Below, one piece after another: positions 40,401-52,400 of a stretch of 64,000 nucleotides of DNA. The translations under genes and the position numbers were made by a program. Under the pieces are notes generated by a model. The model made no database searches, had not been told where the DNA came from, and saw nothing but the letters and a program-made list of their open reading frames with translations. The stretch's first letter is position 1, and every line of letters begins with the position of its first letter. The DNA lies in the NCBI RefSeq assembly GCF_964355755.1, contig NC_092673.1, positions 29,819,648 to 29,883,647 on the forward strand. Direction: 5' to 3'. Source of the DNA: Antedon mediterranea (Eukaryota > Animalia > Echinodermata).

Positions 40401-43400
40401 GCTAAAACCATACATTCGTAATTTATTTATTGAGTGTATTTAATTATTCCATCATTATTTATTAATATTGTATAAAGTGAGATTTTTCAGTATTTTTATT
40501 GCATTTTAATCCTGTCTGTAATATTGAAAGTTGAGCTAATAAAAGTGGGTTGAAAAGAACAAATTATGATTATGAATTTTTAAAATTAATATTTAATACT
40601 TTTACTTTTTTGAAATTAAAAAAATGTAACAATTGTTTTTGTATCTAGTAATGTTTGTACAGTATACTACAGTTGTGGCAGATCGTAGTAAAATTCCCCT
40701 TGCAATGAAATAACTTTGTAGGCCTGAAGCACACAAAATAGAAAGAGAGGGTCCGAACAGGGGAAAGAACATCCCCCTGCCCATTAATTTTTTTTTTTTT
40801 TTTTAATTAAAAAGACAGTTTTGGACAATATATTTGGCAATTATTACAATTCATCTCCAAAAAAATGCTTCTCTCGCACATAAACTAAGCCATCATCCCA
40901 GCCTAGGCCAAACGCGGCCGACCTTGGGCGTGAAGTGCGTAGCATCGCGCTGCGCCCCGCGACACTATTTATAACTATGCCTCAACCGACTGCCTACAAA
41001 ATTCGTCCTCCATACAGTCAGTGTTTATTCTGTAGCCGTTTGAGGTTGGACAGTGATATACGCATATGTAAGTGTAATATCAAATGGAGTAAATTTATAT
41101 AATCGAATTTTATATAGATGTTCTTTCATTTTGACGCGAAAGATAAAATAAAGTCGTACTGTTTATCGCGTAGATGTAAATCCTATTTGTTTTCATTGAT
41201 TTGGTGGCGTGCCGCATTGCCTACTGGGTAATCCGCTTGCCGGAATGGCTGCCCATGGAATTATCATTTTTTGAGCGTCAGTTCCATATCTTGCGCCACT
41301 ACGTGGCGCTATACGATCTTTGGGTGAGACTAGAGCACATGTTTTGTCACTAAATTTGGGTAACCAAATTGGTTGATTTTTTTCGGAGAAAAAAATTTAT
41401 TAAAATTCCAAAGACAGAAGTGAAGCATCTTCCTCTAATTAATAAACATAGGCCTACTTCTATTAAAAAAAATTTTTATTAACTATATTTTATACATTAA
41501 AATTGATTTGTTCAATAAAAGCAACCATTTGGTTGGTACTTGTTCTGGCTTAAAAGACTAGTTGAGGCATTTATCTGACACCGCACTGGATACACTGTGA
41601 GGTGTAAATTGGCACTTGAAAGCAGACAGGGGAATCCCCTTATTGGTGACTTGACATGCTGATTTAAGGAGCGTGATTAGTTGCTCTCCTTCGTTATGAT
41701 TGCAAAGGCGCTCTATAAAAATGATGGACTACAAAAAATTAGGCCAGTGGCTAGAGTATTTTAATAATGCATTTTAAAAGTCTAGGCCTAAATATTCTCT
41801 AGCCTAATTATTTACACACTAGACACCCGGGCTTGATGGGTGGAAGATTGACTAACCCAGAGCAGTTTTAGACATTGTACGCCGGACTAGTGAAATATCG
41901 AGCCCTGCATAAGAGTCAGCAATGCTGAGTTCAAATGCCTAACAGGACCCCAGCTCCATACAGCACCCTATATTCCCAGATGGTCTCCCATCCAAGCTCT
42001 AACCAGGCCCAACGTCGCTTAACTTTTTAAACACTAACAATATCCGCCCTCATTATTGGTGCCTGTTATATGTACAGTAGGATGAGGCAGTGAGAACTTT
42101 GTGGCTAATATCCTCATCACTTTAACTTACTTACACAAATCCTTTCCTAATCTAGAAAGCAACTATCCAGGCACACTTACTTACACAAACAATCACAATT
42201 CATCAATGTGATTAGTGAATAAAGCTTGTAGTACCCCAGAAGATAAAATTTACTTGTTAAGGTTATTATTTATATATCTATTATAAAGGGCATTAAGTTA
42301 TGAAAGCTACAGATAATTTACAAGAATTGAAAAAAAAAGGATTTTAAAATCTTTTACAGTACTCCTCAAAAAACGTTTGCACCTGCAAAACTGATAACTG
42401 TAAAGTCATAATAATTTTGACTTAAAAAACATCCGTGATATTGAAAGAAATTATTTTAATGATTGTCGTTAAAGTCGAAATTAATTAGAGATATATTTTT
42501 TGGCTAGATGAAGATCCTTTTGAATTTGACATTTTATATGAAAATAAAATGCATGTTGTTAAAGGTTATTCTATTTGAGTAAAAATGAACTGAATTTATT
42601 TATTTCAGACAAACTGTCTATTGAAACATATACATACAACAATAAAAATAAAGAAATACAAAGCATTATGTGAAACCGTCATGGAGAAAGGACCAAGAAT
42701 TATCTGTTGATAATATATAGTGCCTTTCTCCATTTAAAATACATTTTGGAATTAAACTACTCTACAGTAAACATATATATACTCTTTTACTTTTTGTTTT
42801 TGCTTTTCATAATAATTTTACTTGGTGCAATATTTTTTGTATTTTGATGACTCTTTGAGTTATAGTAATTGTTTTGCTTTAGTTGCCCCTGACCATTGTG
42901 CTTTGTTTCTGTTCTGTATCTGTTTATTGGTGGAATAAATAAATGAAAATGAAATGAAATTCTGGAATGAAAACTGTAAATTGTACACTCTAGTATTTGA
43001 CAAATGATGCATTTTTCACCAAGATACAGAATTGCAATTATATGCCATCTGAGAAAGGATCCCTAGTGAAATACAACATTAACACGTTGCAAACGACTTT
43101 GTTAATTAGTATACACTCTTAAATCCAGCACTATGCTTATTACTTTAGCTCATTTTGTTCTTATCTTAGTTCTGAATCAAAGTATCTCTTTTTCCATATG
43201 CTTGAAATTCTCTATTTTAGAATACCAAAATGGATACCAACATACTGTATACTGTATCTATGTTCTATAGAATGAACCAGTATAATCGCCAATATCACTG
43301 ATTTTAAAATGATTATTTTTCATTTGTAAGTCACTGGCGACAGTTGATACAGTTCTTTTGTAATATTTATAGAACAGTGATATTTAAATTATATTCCAAA

Positions 43401-46400
43401 TCTTTTAGTTAGTCAATTCTTTACTATAGTATTATATTTTATAATTTTGATGAAATTATTGGTCATTATAAACATAAATACAATACAAATACATTTAATC
43501 ATCAAATCACAACAAAAAAATACAGTATGTACAAAGTTTAAAGAAAATGATGAAATGATGGTCTCGGAAATCTAAATGGATATTTGTATACAGTATGTCT
43601 GAAAAAAAAAATGCCTGAAATTAATGTATTTTAACATACCTTCACATTCTTCAATGATATAAACAATGTCACCAACATCAAGGGACAGTTCACATTTAGT
43701 CTCATCTTGGTCAGCTATGAAGTTATAAACAACTGTTGGAACAAACAAAAATTTATTTTAAAGATGTTATTTTGCAGTTTTAATGAAGTTTATCATAGTT
43801 TAGGAGGGTGTTAGGTGAGTGATCGCACTCGCTCGCCTTAAGACAATGCTCGATTTTCTTTACCGCGCAAATCGTCCAAATACTGTCTGGGGTTTATAGT
43901 ACAGGGGGAACTATTTGAAGGAATACAATCAATTAGGTGCAACATACAGGGCCAAATATCACTATAGTAGATCTGAAATTGTCCCCATATGAGTTGGGAT
44001 ATTCTCTGAATCACAAAATCTAACCATGGAGGATTCCTCAATGATGTACAGTACACTAATGTACATTGGAAATGTGCATGGAAATTGAATGTACAGTAGC
44101 TAGCTACTGAACAGTATGCTATCCTATGACACAAGAGTATTATATTCATCATTCTGAAATTGGTCTATTGAACTTAGATCATCTATCCAGCCTTGACTAT
44201 AATAAAGCAGTGTTTAAAATTGATCCGATGATTGTTTTGTGTATGGGTGTGATTTTAGCAAGCCAGGTAGTGTCGCTGTTTAACGGCAACGTATTCAAGC
44301 GAGATTTTGAAAGATGATTTTACACTTGATTCCATTTCACCGAAGATGTTGAATTTACAATTGTTCCATTTCTAGTATTGTCAAGCTGCCTAGTGATGCG
44401 TGACTACAGGTAGTAGTAATTACTTGTTGTTGTTAACTACACTGTGCAGCTAACAAATAGAGTGGAGTCGAATAACAAAGTAGTGATTTTAAAGATATGA
44501 TTATTGTTATCTGAATCATTTATCAGTACATCATCAATTATCAGTATTTTTAACAGTTAAAAAATCAAAACGATGTGCGATGTTATTGTTAGGTAAATTT
44601 AGTATAAAGTGTAGTAAATAAAAAATAGCAGAACAATTAATAAAACACAAGTGTAAAGTATACAGTACATACAGTAGTAAGAGTATATTAAAAATGAAAA
44701 AAACCCATAAAAATGACTGCGTATTATCTTTAATCAATGATGCAAGAAAGGCATACGGAACAATTTGTACTGTAAATGGTCAGAAATTGGAAATAAAGCA
44801 AGGATTTTTTTATAAATTTATTCTGGTTTATTTTTAAAAGGACATGGTACAAAACTGAATTGTGCCCAATAACATCTTGTATAGAAAAAATAAGAAAGGT
44901 TAATCTGCATAAAGACAGGTGCTCACATTTAATACTGTACAAACAGGTGGCCTCGTTATATTACTTTGTTTTAAATTATTCCTCAGTCTTAGGGTATTTT
45001 TCATTCCAAACGATCTGAGAAATGGGTTATGATAATTCTCTAATTGAAAGAAAGCAGTGTATCTAGGCAGCGCAGATGGAAGACAACGTAAACGTAAAAT
45101 GGAAATTTACGATTTTATGATTAAAAAGCCTACAAGGAATATGAGTCATTGATCACATGACCAGTGCCTGGATAGATCCCAAGAATTTCATTATCGCTTT
45201 CATTCAAGTCTTTCATGGAAATAAAATATTTCTCCATGATGTACTGTACAGAAATTCTCAGGATAAAACAAAGTTCCATATTATAATATACAGTATATAA
45301 CAATAGTTCCTGAATGTCTCCTAGTCAAGTGTAATTGAATTTTGTACCAGACAGTATTTTAAATTTTTAAAGTATTTTCTTTAAAAAATATGGTAGGGAT
45401 CCGATGAAGCTTTATAAGAAAACAATTTCATTAATTTTGATAGGAAAAGACTACTGTACTGACTACTACACAAAATAATCAGATTGGATGGCAGGATTTA
45501 AACAGAAAAGTACAAAATGTTTTTGTTATTTTGTTATCCAAAATATGAAATTATTAGCTACAGGTAAATCCGTGTACAATACACTGTAAATTCTTGATCG
45601 ATCACCTACAATATCATCAATAATACCAGGACCCTCATTGATTAAATCGAAATGAAGTCAAACTAAAAAAAGTCAATAATGTGTACTGTACATAAAACAT
45701 CTGTATAAAATTAAAAAGTAATACTACTGTATAGTCTAGTACAACAAAAACAATATTATTAACATTAAGACACTTTGGTTATTATAATAATAAATTTCAT
45801 CAACACAAATTCATAATTTCATATGATCATCTTTGCTCACATATCATTATAAGTTGTTGTAGCTTATTGTACAATACGTTTCAAATAACCTGTAAATCAA
45901 TCCAGTCTAAAAAGCCAAACAATGCATTAATATACTCCCATTCAGTAACCTGCATACAAACGCACGCTCAAATTACTCATAGTAAATTAACGCAGTTTTG
46001 CTGGGGGCAAGATGAGATGATTGCACAGAATTAGCATAGTTAGTCAAAGTGATTTAAGCTTAATTTAAGTAAAACAGACATATACTATAAAGCTACAGTA
46101 AAATGACTTGGTACAGCCTATAGTAACTATTTTGCTCACTTGCTGTGGCAAAAGAAGTCATTGGGTTTACTGAGATACCAGTGGGTCGTACACTACATGA
46201 TTTAATCACTTTTATTTTGGTTCGGTGGTGTTTGCTATGTTTTTTTTTTGGGTTTGCAGGGTTTGGCAATACCCCTGAGATCAAGGAAAGGTGCTCTGGG
46301 TACTCCGCACATATTAATTATTATTAATAATCAAGTTGATTATTTGATTTATCAATTAATATTTATTAATAAATTAATATCAATAAATACATAATTGGGT

Positions 46401-49400
46401 TTCCTCTGAGTAAAAGTAAATTCTGGGTACTTTACATGCCTTGGGGGGTCTGAGTACAATGTTTTACAATTTAATTGTGTACAGGTAGGTGTGTTAAATT
46501 AGTGATAAGTTAACTGATAACAAACTAAATTGTACTTTGTACAGAATATGTCTGGTACAGTAGACTAAAATTATTTAATGTTTAAAAAGATTTATTCGAT
46601 AAAAACAGGAGAGTTCAGCCGAGTTGGATGTAAGCTCTGAAGTAGTAGTTTGTTGTAAGCCCTTGGTAGTGCCTGTGTAGACTTTCATTGTATGATGTTG
46701 TTAACTTCAACCTTACTACAGATTATTTAAATTTAATCCTGACACGTCTAATTCCACTTGCACTAGGAACACAGTTGTACGCACTAGCAAACTAGTGAAG
46801 TGTGGACGCAACTACCTCAAAGCTTGCAAGTAAAATGCACCTTTGTGTTACCGAGTGTAAACATCGTGTGGACGTTCATTAGAAGAAATGTATGCGTATA
46901 ATTTCATGTTTGACGTAACTTTACCTCCGACGCAAGGCCGTCTGAACACAATTAGAACATTGCTAGTGTCACACATAATACAACTACAACTGAACACCAT
47001 TGTAATTCTTTATTGTAGTCAAATAAACAACAACAATCACAAAATACAAGAAACTAAATACCTTTAATAGCAATAACCCAGTAAAGCCGGAGGCTTCATT
47101 CAATTTAACAATTACTGTACAAGAAGACAACAAAGAGGATCTACCAAGTTTGATACAAAAGAGATTTAACATCCTTGTTATCTGTTTACTACCCATACTG
47201 TAAGATGTTTCAATACTGTACTACAGTATTTATTTCCCTATAGTGGAGTGGATTAATAAATAATACTGTTTGCAGAAAAACAATTTATTTGACCACATAC
47301 AGTACATTAGAGGTTATACATACAGTATTGTAAGTAGGATATGATAACAGATGAATGAACGGATTAATGACTTTTGAAGTGGATTAAATGGATTATTAAA
47401 ATTATCCTACAATTATTGACATAGCAATCATATTTCATACAGTGTTATTATATTGATAAGAACAAAGATTAGTTTTTGTATCAGTTGTTGTTTTCATTGA
47501 CGTCATATTATCTTTTTAATTATCGTTATCAGAGGTCAATAATTCATATTGTAAAATCTTTAACAGCATAGTAATTAGTAGAGTATGGATCTTATATAGG
47601 TTATGGATCTTACTTATTAAAATCTACAAGCAGTGATAGATTTTACCCAATTAAAATTGGGTGGGTTCCAATAGGTGGGTAGCAGGAGCAGGAGTGTTCT
47701 AAATTACGCGGACACACCCACTACTATGTAATATTGTAACACAGCCATAAAACATCCATGAACCATCCATGAACAAAATAGAAAAACTTCTTTTAGATAA
47801 TTAATGCACAAAACACATTCTGTAACATTAACAGATAAAGATCTAGTCATTAATTCAAGACAATAGTTAAGTCTGGATAATTTTAAGATGATACTATTCT
47901 CTACTTTTTAATTTCTATTCTTTAGCTTTACAATGTTAACAATACAGCGAGAATAGCACCTTGAATATAATTGACTAAAATGTAAACCATTACATTCTTC
48001 TAGTATTTCATTTTATTGCAGATACTTAACACCAATATTTAAGTACGGATATGTTATTACGATGATAAATGTATTACATTCCGACATAAAAAAAAGTTCT
48101 ATACAAAGAATAATCTACATTAAATTACTTATTTCATGATAAAATAGCCTTGGTAAACTGTAGTAATTGTTCGAGCTACTGTATGCATGCTAAAATTCTA
48201 AAGACATGTGGTGTGGGGAGGAGGGGGGAGGGGTGTTAGTTGGTTATAGCCATCCGAGGGCCCCTTAATTGTTGTAAATTGGAATGCAAAAGATAGGATA
48301 TTTGTATAATTTTTTTTAAATATAGTATGGCATCCTTTTACTTACAGTATAGTATATAAAGATGACAAATTTCGTTTTTGTAAAAGCACAAGTTAACGGA
48401 GTACTTACTCGAACGTTTCGATCTCTATCAGAGATCCTTCTCAACTGACTGCGGAGTGTTAATGCAGCTTGGTCATTCTTGACGTCATCTGTTGATGACG
48501 TTGTACGCCTCCGGTTGTAGGTTGGAGGTTGTGCGGGGCTCGGCCAGGTGATGTGTCTATCAAATCATTGTACAACCTCCAACCTACAACCGGAGGCGTA
48601 CAACGTCATCAACAGATGACGTCAAGAATGACCAAGCTGCATTAACACTCCGCAGTCAGTTGAGAAGGATCTCTGATAGAGATCGAAACGTTCGAGTAAG
48701 TACTCCGTTAACTTGTGCTTTTACAAAAACGAAATTTGTCATCTATACAAAATCGAAGCTAAATGAAATTCTTTCAAGATTTAAGAGAAAAATATGGTCA
48801 AGAAACCATCAACATCGTACGCAAACAGGAAAATATCGCGAAGAAAATTTCACGGCAGAGAAATCACCGGGTATTCTCCCTTCATTGTAAGCGGTTGGAC
48901 ATTACCCCTCCGAGCCTGAAATTATATCGACCGATCAAATCGTCTAAAGCAGAGGAAATAATAAAACATGCAGAAAGACAGCTTTTACGTGAGAGAATAA
49001 GAATCACCACCAACAAAATCACACAGTTAGAAGGCAAAAAGAAAGATTTAAATGAGGAAATCGTATCGCTAATTCCCAACGGAGGGGACATCACCAATGT
49101 ATGTAATCACGTAAACAAAGTGTGTGAAGCGGAATTCTTAAAATGCCGATCACGACAACAAAACAAACTGTTGTGGTGGAAAAACAAAGCAGAAAACGCA
49201 GCTAGAGATTTACTGTACATCAAGAACAGGATTTATCCGGTAAGATCTTAAGAGAAAAATGGGTGGTAAATCTGTCTAGTAAGTTGGTTAGTGAGGACGA
49301 AATATCAGCATTACAAAGGGGATTGAACTATGCGGCGAGCCCACGATCCATGCCCATTGACGATCTCATAGTAGCGGCTGAAAAAGCGGCTGATCTCGTC

Positions 49401-52400
49401 CCCCTGGAAGAACAAGACACCGTTCGCAGTAAAATTGTAGCTATTGTAAAATCTACCACTCTACCACCTTCAAATTTAACCCCCAAAGAACGAAAGGCCA
49501 TAAACAACTTGAAGAAAGATAAATCTATTCTTATTCTCCCAGCGGATAAAGGTAGATCTACTGTCATCCTAAATACTAATGATTACAAAGATAAAGTGGG
49601 AACCATGGTGAGCGACACTAATGTTTACGAACTGCTAAAACGTAATCCAACACAAAACTATAAACGAAAAGTGGTCAACATCATAGGCAGGTTGTTCAAA
49701 GAAAAGAAAATCAACTACAGAGAGAAAGAATGGCTGTTTCCCACGGCTGAAATTGTACCTAGGTTGTATTGTCTTCCGAAGATACATAAACCAAATTGGC
49801 CATTAAGACCTATAGTAGATAACATCAACACCGTTTTTTACACCGTTGCACAATTCCTCACCAAAATCCTGGGTCCGCTTGTCGGAAACACAGAACATCA
49901 TGTAACTTACTCAGGAGAGTTGGCGAGTGAACTAAAAGAAATAATAGTCAAACCAAGTGAAACATTTGTCTCGTTTGACGTAGTATCTCTGTTTACAAAA
50001 ACACCAGTAGAAGAGGCCCTCAAAGTTGTCGAAAATCGCCTAACAACAGATCCGACACTTCTGGATAGAACTAAACTACATGTGACAGACATAATGGAGC
50101 TCCTCGGTTTAATTGTGAACAAAACCTATTTCTCGTTCAATGGTAACATTTATAGGCAAATACAAGGCATTGCTATGGGAAGCCCAATAAGTCCTATATT
50201 GGCGAACTTGTATCTAGAGTGGCTTGAACATCAAGCCATAAACACGGCACCCACTAACATCAAGCCTGTGTATTGGAAACGATACGTTGATGATGTATTA
50301 GCTATTATCCCCATAGGTACAGTACATACATTTAACACACATCTTAATAACATCGATATAACTGACAATATCAAGTTCACCACAGAATCGATGACAAACA
50401 ACACAATACCTTTCCTGGACATGCTCATCACACTCAATGACAATAGAACAGTTACCACCTCAGTCTATCGGAAGCCCACTCACACAGACCAATATTTACA
50501 TTTCAACTCACATCATCCACTCGAACACAAACTGGGGCTTATAAACACGCTTGTGGACAGAGCTGAGAAGGTAGTGGGAGATATGGATTTGAGGAAAGTT
50601 GAGATGGATAACATCAAGAAAGCGTTACACAACTGCCAGTATCCAGAGTGGTCCTTCCAGAGAGTTATGGAAAACCGAAAAAGAAAAAAGAACAAAGGAC
50701 ACGAACCACAGAAGGAAAAGATCAAGATGCGAGGTAGCATAGGAATCCCCTATGTAAAAGGAATGGCAGAAAGAATACGACGCACTCTCTCCTATCACAA
50801 TGTCGGAACCTATTTCCTACCCCAAAATAAAATCAAGAATAGCCTCGTCCACCCAAAAGATAAAATCGAGAAGATGGATACATGTGGAGTAATCTACGAA
50901 GTCACCTGCCGCAACTGTCCACAAGTTTACATTGGGGAAACAGGGAGGGCATTACAAACACGAATTAATGATCACAAAAAAGATGTTACAACAAACACGG
51001 GGGGAGTAATGACTAGGGCCTCCAGAACATCCACATCTTCGATCATACACAAATCTGCCATTACAGAACATGTCATAAAACACAATCATGTACCGAACTG
51101 GGAGGCTACCATCTTAACCAAAGAGCCTAAACGCAAAGACAGACAGATTAGAGAATCATTACATATAAGGAGAAATAAAGAGAAGACCATGAACCGGGAC
51201 ACTGGAGCCCACGAACTCTCGCATTTGTACAATGATTTGATAGACACATCACCTGGCCGAGCCCCGCACAACCTCCAACCTACAACCGGAGGCGTACAAC
51301 GTCATCAACAGATGACGTCAAGAATGACCAAGCTGCATTAACACTCCGCAGTCAGTTGAGAAGGATCTCTGATAGAGATCGAAACGTTCGAGTAAGTACT
51401 CCGTTAACTTGTGCTTTTACAAAAACGAAATTTGTCATCTATACAAAATCGAAGCTAAATGAAATTCTTTCAAGATAGTATATAAAATTCTAACTAATGG
51501 AAAGGACTGATCTATTATGAAAGTTCAATATACAAATTATTTTATGAGGTCATAAAACATTCCAGAACATCTTGTAAGAATGCAGAAAGCATCTGGTAAG
51601 CTTGTTATTCCTAGTTGACATGGCATAGGCAATTATAAATAGGGATATTGCAATAAATCAAATTGTAAGAATGGGATTACTAAAGTAAACAGCAGATGAG
51701 GGAAATCCACAAGTGACTAATGTCAGGTGACAAGTGTGTGTGATGATGGAGGAGGAACAATTGATCATAATCAATTTAATAGGGACAGTACAGTAAATGT
51801 ATGGAACTAATAGGTATCAATGGTAAATGTAAACAATTATATTTAAAATATACAATAATATATTACATTTAAATTACACTTAATCCATTTATTTCAAAAT
51901 GATTTATCAAAAATTAATTTAATTTATTGTCCTATTTTATCAACATTTTCTAAGGGATTTAATAATATATCAATTATATATTACTACACAGAATAAACTA
52001 ATAAATGGGATCAAAATGTAGCACTACTATTACTAAATAAAGAGGAAATTTTTGAGACAAGTCTTTTGTGTGTCTCAAACTCAATTTAATTGGAGAAAAA
52101 CTGCATTTGTTAATTAAATAAGCTGCAAATAATTTTTTGTAATAATAATACTAATCATGTGTATTTTTAAAATACTTATTATCTTCGATAAAACGCGAGA
52201 CAAGAAATAAATTACTACATCGAATTGCTGACAGAAGTCTGTCACTGGACATTTCCGCTTGGCTGGCCAAACATAACACTTCCGTACTCTCAGCCTGTCG
52301 GATGCTTTCGTGAGAGGGTGTATGATTTGAGGGGTAAGCCTATCTTCATGGGAAATCGTTTTTTTATGAAGCTAAAGCTGTTCAAAATAACTAGAAAATA

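Larger units (their letters stand above)
48361..51476 (+). mobile_element. Penelope-like retroelement (Penelope/Poseidon type) with inverted plus direct 5' pseudo-LTR and 3' pseudo-LTR
   Basis: RT + GIY-YIG ORF; direct repeats 48572-48780 and 51268-51476; 48361-48574 is an inverted copy of 51225-51439; TSD (AT)AGTATATAAA at 48349-48360 and 51475-51486. Confidence 0.95.

Noticed and set aside
41955-42026. 5S rRNA gene
   Set aside because: Only the 3' half, diverged, and continuous with SINE-like body sequence
43750-48340. Short ORFs in DOCK intron 1
   Set aside because: AT-rich, no recognisable motifs or consistent exon structure
48696-48778. Possible intron (GTAAGT...TTTCAAG) in the Penelope pLTR
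   Set aside because: Penelope elements can carry introns, but splicing here would remove the ORF ATG with no upstream in-frame start; unsupported without transcripts
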